From sequence record SRR22947725_3392: DNA of 40,543 nt; one strand, written 5' to 3'. A model generated the notes under the pieces. It searched no databases, was not told where the DNA came from, and saw only the letters and a program-made list of their open reading frames with translations. Positions 9,193 to 18,925 of this stretch are shown here, piece after piece (within the stretch, counting starts at the first letter, position 1; every line of letters starts with the position of its first letter). The position numbers and the translations under genes are program-made.

Positions 9193-10461
9193 ATGAGGCT
9201 TTTTGCTGCGTTCGCTATCGCAAAGTTTTTGCGTTTTCTCACGCGGTTGCGTGGGGGCGGATCCGCTTTCCCCGGTTTTGTTCTCTTGCGTCTGGTTCCC
9301 GACGCCCTGGAGCGCGCAGTGGGGTCCCTCCCGCGGGGCGTGATTTTTGTGACCGGGTCAAATGGGAAATCGACAACCACAGCGATGCTGACGGAGATTC
9401 TGCGGGCCCACGGCCTCCGGGTGTTTTCTAATCCCGCCGGAGGGAATCTGCCGCAGGGTCTTGCCTCGGCTCTTGTCGGCGGTGCGAGCCTGCTTGGCCG
9501 GGTCGCAGCCGATATTGCCGTGCTGGAGGTCGATGAGGCCTACGGCCCCTCAATTTCGGACCTGGTCGCCCCCGACTGGGTCGTCATCACCAATATTCAA
9601 GTGGACCAGCTCAATCGCTTTGGCGAGCCCGAAGCGGTCTATCGGCTGCTCCTCACCCTGGGCCATCGGGCCACAGCGGGTGTCGTTATTAACGGCAGCG
9701 ACCCAAACACCACGGCTTTGGGGGCAGAATTGCATGCCACGGGGACTCGGGTGGAGCAAATGCAGGTGAGTTCCGCTGCGCAAGCCACGGCCGCCCACGG
9801 TCTAGTCCCGGCACCACTTTTTTTTGATCCCACACCGAACCTCGCTGTGGCGCCGGGAGTCGTCGTTTCCGCCGTCCACGGTCCACAGGCGAGCCTCGAC
9901 GTGGCGGGCGCTGTGTGGAAGGTCACTCTGCCCCAGCCGGGCCTGCACTATGCCGTGGATGCCGGTCTTGCGATGGAAATGGCTAGCGTGGTTCTGCAGG
10001 ACTTTCAGCCAGAACGGGCAGTAGCAGCGCTGGAACTCGGGGCCGGTGTCTATGGCAGGGGAGAGGTCATCCGCTATCGGGGGGTTGATATCTCGTTGAC
10101 CATGATGAAAAATCTGCCCAGTCTTCAAGTGAACCTCGACGCTTTTCCCGCCCCGCTCGAGAACGTTTTTATCGCCGTGGATGAGGGAACCCCGGATCCG
10201 TCATGGATTTTTGATGTGGATACCCGCTCGCTCGCATCGGTCTCGGTTTTGAGCGGCTCAAAGGCCTGGCAGTGGGCCTTGCTACTCGAACACCGTGGAA
10301 TTCCCTACGGCGAGGTCATCGAAGACTCTCGCGCTGGCTTAGATGCTTTTATCAAGAACTCACCGCCCCAAGGCGGCCCACTTCACGCAATCGTGAATTA
10401 TGAACAGATGATGCGTATTCGTCGAATTGCTGGATACAAAGAGTTGGAGGGAGCTCGATGA
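9193..10461 (+). CDS. murT: MurT-like Mur ligase family protein (lipid II D-Glu alpha-carboxyl modifying), no Cys zinc finger
   Basis: GGGSAFPG, P-loop TGSNGKSTT, LEVDE, DQLNRFGE, GRGE, MKN, DPSWIFDVD; followed by a GatD-like gene. Confidence 0.85.
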   Translation: MRLFAAFAIAKFLRFLTRLRGGGSAFPGFVLLRLVPDALERAVGSLPRGVIFVTGSNGKSTTTAMLTEILRAHGLRVFSNPAGGNLPQGLASALVGGASLLGRVAADIAVLEVDEAYGPSISDLVAPDWVVITNIQVDQLNRFGEPEAVYRLLLTLGHRATAGVVINGSDPNTTALGAELHATGTRVEQMQVSSAAQATAAHGLVPAPLFFDPTPNLAVAPGVVVSAVHGPQASLDVAGAVWKVTLPQPGLHYAVDAGLAMEMASVVLQDFQPERAVAALELGAGVYGRGEVIRYRGVDISLTMMKNLPSLQVNLDAFPAPLENVFIAVDEGTPDPSWIFDVDTRSLASVSVLSGSKAWQWALLLEHRGIPYGEVIEDSRAGLDAFIKNSPPQGGPLHAIVNYEQMMRIRRIAGYKELEGAR

Positions 10462-11189
10462 GCACCTTCACCATTGCGCGACTGGTGCCGCGGATGCTGG
10501 GGTTGAATGGGTCGTCCCACAACGCGTCCATTTTGGCGAGCTATCTCAAACACAGTGGTCACACCATCGAGATCGTCGATGTTGACGCCCCAGAGGATGC
10601 CCCGGCCCGGGTCGACGCGGTGTGTGTGGGCAGCGGGTCTGCATCGACCCTTCGGCCCGCAGCAACCCTCATCATCCCTTTGGTCCGGGTGCTCGCGCAG
10701 TGGCGCACCCACGGCGCCCACGTGGTCGCCGTGGGGACCGGGTGGGACCTCCTCGGTCACACCGTGACCACCCCGGAGGGCGAAGTGTTACCCGGTGCTG
10801 GAATATTGCCTTCGCACGCGAATCACGGTGGCACACGGTTTTCCGGGGAGGTTGCCGGTGTGGATTACCAGGGTCGCGCTAGCGCGGGGTATGTGAACCA
10901 GGTGGGGCACGTGAAGCTCGAGGGCGGAGCAAAACCGCTCATGGAGATTGATGCCCCAGAATCCGGATATCCCCGGGAAGAGGGCCTGGTGGGGGACAAT
11001 GTGTTCGCCAGCCGTGTGGGAGGTCCAGCCTTTGCTCTCAATCCCCACTGGTGCGAGGACGTTGCCAGCTCCCTACTTCAGGCGCGAGGCGAAACGCTTC
11101 AGCGGACAGAATTTCACTCCCGAATTGACCATGCTGCCAGGGAAGCTCGTCGCCTCATCGAAGCCCGATTGGGCGTCGCTAGGAGCTGA
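10458..11189 (+). CDS. gatD: GatD / CobQ-like class I glutamine amidotransferase homolog lacking catalytic Cys and His
   Basis: ATGA overlap with murT; GatD-like layout (VPRMLGLNG..N, VGSG, AVGTGWDLLG, LPGAGILP, GYVNQ, EG...NVFASRVGGP..LNP). Confidence 0.8.
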   Translation: MSTFTIARLVPRMLGLNGSSHNASILASYLKHSGHTIEIVDVDAPEDAPARVDAVCVGSGSASTLRPAATLIIPLVRVLAQWRTHGAHVVAVGTGWDLLGHTVTTPEGEVLPGAGILPSHANHGGTRFSGEVAGVDYQGRASAGYVNQVGHVKLEGGAKPLMEIDAPESGYPREEGLVGDNVFASRVGGPAFALNPHWCEDVASSLLQARGETLQRTEFHSRIDHAAREARRLIEARLGVARS

Positions 11190-12237
11190 AGCGTCGCTCC
11201 ACACGAGAACTCATGCTGGAGACGACCTCATCACCGATGGTTCCCGCCCACCTAGCCCAGTCTTCAGCGCTGGGGCTCGTCTCATCCCCCCACAGCGTGA
11301 CGATGTCTCCGAGTGCGACGCGGGCTTCGTGGGGTATTCCGATCACGAGGTGATCCACCTGCACTGACTGGAGTTGTGCTGGCGAACCTCCTAGCGAAAC
11401 CCACCCCGTGTGAGGGGGGAGCGGGAGGAGGCCGTGGCCATAGCCCATTCCCACCCAGGCCAGGTTCTGCTCGGTATCCACGTGACTCACGCGGGCACGA
11501 GCGGCCATAACGGGGGCAAAGCCCATGTCGGCGGGTGTTCGCTCATCAAAGGGGCTCACCCCGTACACGCTGATTCCCACCCTCACCATGTCCAGCCGAG
11601 ATTGCGGAATATCGGTCGCAGCGGCAGAGGCGGCAATGTGGAGAATATCGGGAGAAAGCCCTACCGCCCGCGCTTTCTCAACTGCACCGTGGAACCGTTC
11701 GAGAGATTCCAGGTTTTCCTCGGTGGAGGTGTCAGAAAGGTGGGACCAGATTCCGCGCACCCGCACGCGCCCACTTTTTTCCATGGCCGCTGCGGCTTCG
11801 CAGAGTGCGACCCAGTCGCCTTGGAGGGCGCCATTGCGGTGCAGTCCGGTATCAATTTTGAGATGGAGCGAAACGGGCCCCCCGGTTGCTTCGTGAGCAA
11901 GCTTGTCGAGTTGCCACAAAGCCGAAATCCCCAGGTCAACCCCGGCGCGTTGAGCCTTGGCGAAGTCGTCGTGGGGCGAGAGAAGCCACGCCAACAGCAT
12001 CGTGTCGCCGACGTGTGGCCTCAAGCGAACCCCGGACTCAATATCCAGCACCGCCAGGGATCCAGCTCCGTGGGCCAGCGCTGTGGTGGCGATGCTGACT
12101 TCTCCGTGACCGTAGGCGTCGGACTTCACCGCCACCATCAACTCTGCGTCACCGGCCAGGGCTCGCTTCGCCTTCGCCACATTGCTTGCAAACGCGGCGA
12201 GGGAAATGTCGATCCAGCAGGTGGCTTCTACATCCAC
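11179..12237 (-). CDS. Alanine racemase-family PLP enzyme with intact Lys barrel and degenerate C-terminal domain
   Basis: AVKSDAYGHG, HLKIDTGLHRNG, WSHL, RVGISVYG present; the SYG (Tyr265') and GRxxMD motifs are absent. Confidence 0.88.
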   Translation of the reverse strand: MDVEATCWIDISLAAFASNVAKAKRALAGDAELMVAVKSDAYGHGEVSIATTALAHGAGSLAVLDIESGVRLRPHVGDTMLLAWLLSPHDDFAKAQRAGVDLGISALWQLDKLAHEATGGPVSLHLKIDTGLHRNGALQGDWVALCEAAAAMEKSGRVRVRGIWSHLSDTSTEENLESLERFHGAVEKARAVGLSPDILHIAASAAATDIPQSRLDMVRVGISVYGVSPFDERTPADMGFAPVMAARARVSHVDTEQNLAWVGMGYGHGLLPLPPHTGWVSLGGSPAQLQSVQVDHLVIGIPHEARVALGDIVTLWGDETSPSAEDWARWAGTIGDEVVSSMSSRVERRFSS

Positions 12238-12848
12238 GTTCGCATCACCCGAGTCGCAAGACGGGATTGCACCGCTCCTGTTGGGCGGCGGGACCAGAGT
12301 GACCAGTCAGAAAGAGTGGGGCTTGCTCCCCAGATGGTGACGCTTTCACCGAGATCAATGGGGGAATCACCGACATCGAGAATGCACTGATCCATCGCGA
12401 TGCGGCCAGCAACTGGGAAATCGATGCCTCTGATGCTCATCCGAGCTCCCGGCGAGGCGGTGCGCGGGACGCCATCGGAAAATCCGGCGCTGACCAGAGC
12501 CAGCGTCGTCGCGGTGGCGGTGCGATATTCGTACCCATAGGACACGGGTGTTCCCGGACCTACCCGCTTGAGCGAGATCACATCCGCCTCAAAAGTCACA
12601 AAAGCCTCGGGAGAATCCCACCAGTTCGTGAGAGCGGTCTCAGAGACGGGATCGATCGGCAACACCGAGGCTTCGGAGTCTCCGGGTGAGGCGACGACGC
12701 GGGCAAAACCCACCTCAGCGGCAATTTCGGAGGTTTTCGCGAGCCCTAAACCGTATGCGTTGGCTCGTAGATCGAGAGTTTCGTGCGCCCCACGAAGGCT
12801 ACCCAGGTGCTCCCTGAGCGCCTGGGTGTTGATGAACGCTCGGCGCAC
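12228..12848 (-). CDS. Alanine racemase C-terminal-domain protein (barrel largely deleted)
   Basis: LDLRANAYGLG (PLP Lys replaced by Arg), then PVSYGYEY, GFSDGVPR, GRIAMDQ; 206 aa; overlaps the downstream alr-like gene by 10 nt. Confidence 0.85.
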   Translation of the reverse strand: MRRAFINTQALREHLGSLRGAHETLDLRANAYGLGLAKTSEIAAEVGFARVVASPGDSEASVLPIDPVSETALTNWWDSPEAFVTFEADVISLKRVGPGTPVSYGYEYRTATATTLALVSAGFSDGVPRTASPGARMSIRGIDFPVAGRIAMDQCILDVGDSPIDLGESVTIWGASPTLSDWSLWSRRPTGAVQSRLATRVMRTWM

Positions 12849-12853
12849 AGGAG

Positions 12854-13087
12854 CTAGCTGGAGTGTTCGGATCGGAGACGGTCAGTCTCGTCGTGCCAGG
12901 CAATAATGCTCGAGCCCAGGGTCTCACGGTGCTTCGACGCGTGGTGTCCACAGAAAAGAAGTTCTCCTGATTCAAGAGTGACGCGAACGTATGCTTGAGC
13001 GCCGCAGCTATCGCAAAGGTCGGTGAATCCGAGAGTTGCTGCGGTCTGAAGGGGGGCTTCCGTGGTTTCCGGTGTGGCGTACGACAT
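12854..13087 (-). CDS. Small putative zinc-binding protein (DUF7455-like) divergent from parE
   Basis: CDSCGAQAYVR...LLFCGHH motif; AAGGAG SD. Confidence 0.8.
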   Translation of the reverse strand: MSYATPETTEAPLQTAATLGFTDLCDSCGAQAYVRVTLESGELLFCGHHASKHRETLGSSIIAWHDETDRLRSEHSS

Positions 13088-13268
13088 CGCTTCTCCTTGA
13101 AGGCTCCATTGGTGAACAGTGCTATTCCATCACGAGAAACCTTGAACGGGTGCCGTGACGCTCCCAGTTTCGCCCACCGCGTATCCACAGGCTTCGGCGG
13201 GGGAACCCCCAGTACCGGGGGATTTGCCTAAGCTCAAGGCTGCAGATACACCACCTAAAGGACTTTTC

Positions 13269-15347
13269 GTGCCCACGACTGATTACTCCGCTCGCCACCT
13301 CACCGTGCTGGAAGGCCTTGAGGCTGTCCGCAAGCGGCCGGGTATGTACATCGGTTCGACTGACTCCCGCGGATTGATGCACTGTTTGTGGGAAGTCATT
13401 GACAACTCTGTCGATGAAGCGGTTGCCGGCCACGGGACAGATATCTCCGTCGTCCTCCATGATGATGGCAGCGTGTCGGTAGCTGATTCGGGCCGCGGTG
13501 TCCCCGTGGACAAAGAGCCGCGCACCGGCCTCTCTGGCGTGGAATTGGTATTCACTAAACTCCACGCTGGCGGCAAGTTTGGGGCGGGTTCCTATGCGGC
13601 CTCAGGGGGTCTCCATGGCGTGGGAGCCTCTGTGGTGAATGCTCTGTCCGAGCGTCTAGACGTCGAAGTAGATAGAGAAGGCAAGACGTGGGCGATGTCC
13701 TTCCACCGCGGCGAACCAGGTGTCTTTGCTGATTCCGCCGCACCCTCACCGGAGTCGGACTTCACTCCGTTCGTGAGCGAAAGCGTCCTGGCGAGTGTGG
13801 GGACGACCAAAAAAGGTGTCACGGGAACCCGGGTCCGGTTTTGGCCCGATCCGCAAATATTTGGAAAAAAGTCGACGTTTGCCTCGGAAGAGCTGACCGA
13901 GAGGGCTCGTCAAACGGCGTTCTTAGTTCCTGGGCTTTCCATCCACCTGGAAGATGGCACCGGCGAAGAAACCCTCTCCACCACCTTTTCCGCTGCCGGT
14001 GGGCTGGGCGACTTCTTGGGCTTTTTAGCTCCCGACCAGGCTGTTGTGGGCCCGTGGCACTTTTCGGGGGAGGGAGAATTTGAAGAGACTGTCCCGGTGC
14101 TTGATGACACGGGAAAACTCCTCTCTCAAGATGTCCTCCGCAACGTTCATGTCGATGTCGTCCTTCAGTGGGGCACTGGTTATGACACCGTCTCCAAGAG
14201 CTTTGTGAACATCATCCAAACCCCCAAAGGCGGCACCCACCAGCAAGGCTTTGACGCGGGACTGGTGAAGACGCTTCGGTCAGAAATTGACAAGAACGCG
14301 CGGAAGCTCAAGGTGGGCAAGGACAAAGTTGAAAAAGACGACATGATCGCCGGAATGACCGCCATTATCGCCGTAAGGGTGCCCGAACCACAGTTCGAGG
14401 GCCAAACCAAAGAGGTTTTGGGCACGCCGGGAATTAAATCCATCGTTCAAGCGGTCATATCTGAGGGGCTTTCGGCCAAGTTTTCCTCGACCAAACGCGA
14501 GGACAAAGCCTTTTCCGCCGTGTTACAGGAAAAGATCGTCGCGGAAATGAAAACGAGGGTCTCCGCCCGAGCTCTCAAAGAAACACAGCGGCGGAAAAAC
14601 GCGCTTGAGGCTTCCACCCTGCCCACAAAACTTGTGGACTGTCGCAGTAAGGAAACCGAAGGCAGCGAGCTGTTCATTGTCGAAGGTGATTCGGCCTTAG
14701 GGACAGCCAAGCTCGCCAGAGACAGCGAACACCAGGCTCTGTTGCCCATCCGCGGGAAGATTTTAAACACGCAAAAGGCCTCGGTTCAAGACATGCTGGA
14801 TAACGCGGAGTGTGCCGCCATCATTCAAGTGATTGGGGCGGGCTCTGGTCGAACTTTCGATGTCAGCCAGGCCCGCTACGGCAAGGTGATCATCATGTCT
14901 GACGCCGATGTGGATGGCGCCCACATTCGAACTTTGCTCCTGACGCTGTTCTTTCGATACATGAGACCACTGGTGGAAGAAGGCCGGGTCTACGCCGCGG
15001 TGCCGCCCTTGCATCGAGTAGTCATCAACGCGCGAGGCAAAGCACCCTCCGAAATCGTCTACACCTACTCCGAGGAAGAGCTCACCACTCTTCTTGCGCA
15101 GCTCGAAGCAGCAGGCAAAACCTATAAAGAGCCCATTCAGCGCTATAAGGGGCTGGGCGAGATGGATGCCGATCAGCTCGCAGAAACCACGATGAACCGC
15201 TCCGACCGGATGCTCCGACGAGTGCGGGTGAGTGACGCCGAGGCAGCCTCGACCGTGTTTGAACTACTGATGGGCAATGAAGTCGCTCCGAGGCGAGAAT
15301 TCATTGTCTCGGGCCCGGGGCTTGCCAGGGAGCGCATTGACGCCTAG
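13269..15347 (+). CDS. parE: DNA topoisomerase IV subunit B
   Basis: [54 protein letters not shown]. Start moved to GTG 13269 (MPTTDYSA) after AAAGGA; TAAGCT -10 at 13229-13234. Confidence 0.93.
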   Translation: MPTTDYSARHLTVLEGLEAVRKRPGMYIGSTDSRGLMHCLWEVIDNSVDEAVAGHGTDISVVLHDDGSVSVADSGRGVPVDKEPRTGLSGVELVFTKLHAGGKFGAGSYAASGGLHGVGASVVNALSERLDVEVDREGKTWAMSFHRGEPGVFADSAAPSPESDFTPFVSESVLASVGTTKKGVTGTRVRFWPDPQIFGKKSTFASEELTERARQTAFLVPGLSIHLEDGTGEETLSTTFSAAGGLGDFLGFLAPDQAVVGPWHFSGEGEFEETVPVLDDTGKLLSQDVLRNVHVDVVLQWGTGYDTVSKSFVNIIQTPKGGTHQQGFDAGLVKTLRSEIDKNARKLKVGKDKVEKDDMIAGMTAIIAVRVPEPQFEGQTKEVLGTPGIKSIVQAVISEGLSAKFSSTKREDKAFSAVLQEKIVAEMKTRVSARALKETQRRKNALEASTLPTKLVDCRSKETEGSELFIVEGDSALGTAKLARDSEHQALLPIRGKILNTQKASVQDMLDNAECAAIIQVIGAGSGRTFDVSQARYGKVIIMSDADVDGAHIRTLLLTLFFRYMRPLVEEGRVYAAVPPLHRVVINARGKAPSEIVYTYSEEELTTLLAQLEAAGKTYKEPIQRYKGLGEMDADQLAETTMNRSDRMLRRVRVSDAEAASTVFELLMGNEVAPRREFIVSGPGLARERIDA

Positions 15348-17785
15348 CTCAGGCGTTCACCAAAGGCCGTGACGGAACCCTCGAGGAGGGTTCCCGAGCC
15401 ATCACGCTTGGATACTTCCTCGGGAAGCGCGATGGCCTGACCTTTCGCCCCCATGGCGAGGGGCGAAACCCCCGCGAATGCGCGAGAAAGGATGTCCTCG
15501 CCTTTCAGGAACGCGTGCGCTCGAACTCCCGAAGTTGCGCGTCCCTTGGTGGGGAAGTCAACCAGCGGCGTTCGCTTTGCCCTGGCTGATTCCGTTCCAG
15601 GGAGCACCTGGCTAGACCCTGACACGGTGACCACTTCCGCAACAGAGCGGTCCACAGCACCAGCAAAGATCACCCTGGCGTCGTTGGACAAGGAGATCCC
15701 CGCAACTCCGGAGGCGGCAAGCCCTTGCGGGCGAACATCGCCGGAAGAGAAATTCAGTAGCTGACCGGCAGAGGTGATGAGAACCAGGGAGTGAGAATCG
15801 GGGGCCGATCCGCACCCGACAACACGGTCACCGTCCTTGAGGGTCATGACAGATTGGTGCGTTTTGTCCCCCAGGTCTGCCAGCGAGACGCGCTTGACCA
15901 CACCCGCTGCGGTGCCAAGCATGAAGGGAACATCGCTTCCTAGAGCGATGACGCCGAGGATGTCACCATCCTCACGGGAGAGCCCGAGATATTCCGACAG
16001 CGCGATGCCCTGACCCCACTGGGGCTTCGAGGATGCGAGCTCGGGCAAATCGGAGGGAGGGAAAGTGTGGAGCATTCCCGCGGAAGTGATGGCGCCCAGC
16101 TGTCCGCGGGTGCTTGTGAGGATGTGAGCCATGGCGGCGTCATGGGCCCTCCGTTGGTCGGTGAGGACTAATGCCCCGTTGGATGGAGCGAAACGACTCG
16201 CGCGGCCCAGTGCTGACACCACAACGGTGCAGGGAATGTCAGCGATTGCTAAGTCCTTCTGAGGCGCAGAGGACCGCGGAGCGACCGCAGGGGTATGGCC
16301 TGAAATAACACTGCGGCGGGGAGTGCCGTATTTCTCCGACATTTCCGAAAGCTCTGTGGACACGGTCTCGCGAATGCGTTCCTCGCTCGCAAGGAGCGCG
16401 GTGAGTTCGGTGATGTCTTCGGCAAGGGAGTCACGCTCCGTTTCCAGTTCCAGACGAGAGAATTTTGTAAGACGCCGCAACCGCAGCTCGAGAATGTATT
16501 CGGCCTGCTCGTCGGAGAGGTCAAAAACTTCCCGGAGACGCTCTTTAGCCTTTGACCCGTCATCGGAGGCCCGAATGACCTGAATAACCTCGTCGATGTC
16601 GGTGATGGCAACGAGTAGGCCTTCCACCAGGTGCAGGCGGGCAGTGCGTTGGGTGAGGCGAAAGCGCGAACGCCTGGTAACTACCAGGATGCGATGGTCT
16701 ACATAGACTTGAAGAAGTTCGCGAAGACCCAAAGTCTTGGGTTGACCCTCCACCAGCGCGACCGAGTTGATGGAAAAATTCTCCTCCAGCGGGGTCAATC
16801 GATAGAGCTCGGAGAGCACCGCCTCGGGGTCGAAGCCACCCTTGATACCAATAACCAGCCGCAGCCCGTGGTGGCGGTCGGTGAGGTCTGTCACATCACT
16901 GATGCCAGTCAGCTTCTTACTCCCGACGGCGTCCTTAATCTTGTCGATTACGCGCTCAGGTCCCACCAAGTAGGGCAACTCCGTCACAACAAGTCCTGTT
17001 TTGCGCGGCCCAATGTTTTCGATGCTGACGGTGGCGCGGGTCTTGAAACTTCCTCGACCGGAGAGGTAAGCATCGGCAATGCCCTCGGTGCCAATGATGG
17101 TTCCGCCGCTGGGCAAATCGGGGCCAGGAATGATTTTCTGTAAATCCTCGACGCTCGCCTCTGGATGGTTCAGGACGTGTTGTGCCGCAGCAATGACCTC
17201 GACCAGGTTGTGAGGTGCCATATTCGTGGCCATGCCCACAGCGATTCCGCTGGCCCCATTCACCAAAAGGTGGGGGATCGCGGCGGGCAAAACACTCGGC
17301 TGGGTCAGCTGGTTGTCGTAGTTGGGGATAAAATCGACCACGTCTTCGTCGAGGTCTTGAACCATGGCCAATGCTTCTGGGCGAAGCCGCGCCTCGGTGT
17401 ACCGGGCGGCGGCAGGCCCGTCATCGAGGGAACCAAAGTTTCCGTGTCCATCCACCATGGGAATGCGCATGGACCAGGATTGCGCCATCCGCACGAGGGC
17501 ATCGTATATCGCCGAGTCACCGTGGGGGTGGAGCTTTCCCATCACGTCACCGACAACACGGGCGGACTTCACGTGTCCCTTTTGGGGGGTGAGCCCCATT
17601 TGGGACATCTGGTAAATGATGCGTCGTTGGACGGGCTTCAAGCCATCGCGCGCGTCGGGCAGCGCTCGCGAGTAAATGACCGAATAGGCGTACTCCAAAA
17701 AGGAGCCTTCCATTTCGTCGGTGAGTTCGACGTCGACAATGCGTTCGGAATCGGCAGTTTCGGGGGGAGTAATCGGTGCAGTCAT
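15344..17785 (-). CDS. parC: DNA topoisomerase IV subunit A
   Basis: [21 protein letters not shown], catalytic AARYTE; beta-pinwheel CTD without a canonical QRRGGKG GyrA-box. Confidence 0.93.
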   Translation of the reverse strand: MTAPITPPETADSERIVDVELTDEMEGSFLEYAYSVIYSRALPDARDGLKPVQRRIIYQMSQMGLTPQKGHVKSARVVGDVMGKLHPHGDSAIYDALVRMAQSWSMRIPMVDGHGNFGSLDDGPAAARYTEARLRPEALAMVQDLDEDVVDFIPNYDNQLTQPSVLPAAIPHLLVNGASGIAVGMATNMAPHNLVEVIAAAQHVLNHPEASVEDLQKIIPGPDLPSGGTIIGTEGIADAYLSGRGSFKTRATVSIENIGPRKTGLVVTELPYLVGPERVIDKIKDAVGSKKLTGISDVTDLTDRHHGLRLVIGIKGGFDPEAVLSELYRLTPLEENFSINSVALVEGQPKTLGLRELLQVYVDHRILVVTRRSRFRLTQRTARLHLVEGLLVAITDIDEVIQVIRASDDGSKAKERLREVFDLSDEQAEYILELRLRRLTKFSRLELETERDSLAEDITELTALLASEERIRETVSTELSEMSEKYGTPRRSVISGHTPAVAPRSSAPQKDLAIADIPCTVVVSALGRASRFAPSNGALVLTDQRRAHDAAMAHILTSTRGQLGAITSAGMLHTFPPSDLPELASSKPQWGQGIALSEYLGLSREDGDILGVIALGSDVPFMLGTAAGVVKRVSLADLGDKTHQSVMTLKDGDRVVGCGSAPDSHSLVLITSAGQLLNFSSGDVRPQGLAASGVAGISLSNDARVIFAGAVDRSVAEVVTVSGSSQVLPGTESARAKRTPLVDFPTKGRATSGVRAHAFLKGEDILSRAFAGVSPLAMGAKGQAIALPEEVSKRDGSGTLLEGSVTAFGERLS

Positions 17786-17788
17786 AGG

Positions 17789-18925
17789 ATGGCGCTTATG
17801 TTACTGGTCCCATCGAATGCAACGTTGAGGCTTGCCGACGTGCTCCCCAGTTGCCTTTCGGCCCTCACGGGTGTGGACAATGCGCTAGGACTTGCCCCCG
17901 TCAAAAATGCAGCCGTGTTGCTGGTGGACGGTTTGGGGGCACACAACCTCCGCGATCACCAAGGGCATGCCAGGTGGCTGGCGAAGGCCTGGGCGCAGCG
18001 CGGACTCAGCGCCGACGTAGGTTTTCCTTCCACGACAGCTAGTGCCCTGACCACCCTCACCACCGGCGTGCTCCCCGGCGAGCACGGCATCGTCGGCTAC
18101 AGCGTTCGGGACCCAGACAGCGGGAGCATCATCAACCACCTCAAGGACTGGCACCCCACGGTCGATCCCGACACCTGGCAGAAGAGCCCCACCGTATTTG
18201 AGGCCGCGGCACAGATGGGCATTAGCTCGCTGTCTCAGGGGGAACCCCGGTTCGCCACCAGCGATTTCACCAAAGCGGTCTGGCGTGGCGCTCGCTTCGA
18301 AGGGAGCACCTCTCTCAGCGAGCAGTTTGGACGGATGGAAGAGTTCTTTGCCGAAAACAACCAGGGCTTGGCCTACCTGTATTGGCCCGCCCTCGATCGA
18401 ACCGGTCACGGCAGCGGCTCGGAGTCCGATTCCTGGATGCATCGGCTGGAGGAACTAGATGCGATTCTCTCCCACAGCGCGGAGGCTTTGGGTCCGGACA
18501 CCGGACTGGTGATCACCGCCGATCACGGGATGGTCGATGTGCCACAGGAGTCAAAGATTTTTGTGGATGAACCCTCGCCGCTTTTGGAAGGCGTCATCGC
18601 GTGGGCAGGTGAGCCGCGGGCGCCGCAGCTTTCGCTCTCTTCGCCCTCCCTGGTCGGACCGCTAGTGAAGAGGTGGCGGGACGAATTAGGGGACGCCGCT
18701 CAAGTGCTCACTCGGGACGAACTCGTCGACACGGGAGCGTTGGGAGCGCTCTCCGATGGCATCGCAGAGCGTTTGGGGGACATCATCATTGTGTGCATCA
18801 AGCCGGTGGCGATTTATCACACCCCAAGCGCCTCAAAGAATTCTGTTGCCATGACAGGCCAACACGGCTCCGTCACGCTGTGCGAGCGCGAAGTTCCCAT
18901 CATTCCCGCGGGCGCGTGGCGCTAA
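17789..18925 (+). CDS. Alkaline phosphatase / nucleotide pyrophosphatase (NPP) family protein
   Basis: [49 protein letters not shown]. Real start is ATG 17789 or 17798; the 17165 extension is a shadow of parC. Confidence 0.88.
   Translation: MALMLLVPSNATLRLADVLPSCLSALTGVDNALGLAPVKNAAVLLVDGLGAHNLRDHQGHARWLAKAWAQRGLSADVGFPSTTASALTTLTTGVLPGEHGIVGYSVRDPDSGSIINHLKDWHPTVDPDTWQKSPTVFEAAAQMGISSLSQGEPRFATSDFTKAVWRGARFEGSTSLSEQFGRMEEFFAENNQGLAYLYWPALDRTGHGSGSESDSWMHRLEELDAILSHSAEALGPDTGLVITADHGMVDVPQESKIFVDEPSPLLEGVIAWAGEPRAPQLSLSSPSLVGPLVKRWRDELGDAAQVLTRDELVDTGALGALSDGIAERLGDIIIVCIKPVAIYHTPSASKNSVAMTGQHGSVTLCEREVPIIPAGAWR

Noticed and set aside
13269-17785. Calling the topoisomerase pair gyrB/gyrA
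   Set aside because: Convergent layout, no dnaA-dnaN-recF context and no canonical GyrA-box favour parE/parC.
17165-17788. 586-aa ORF suggesting a novel N-terminal fusion to the NPP protein
   Set aside because: The first ~208 codons are antisense to the conserved 5' end of parC; NPP similarity begins near 17789.
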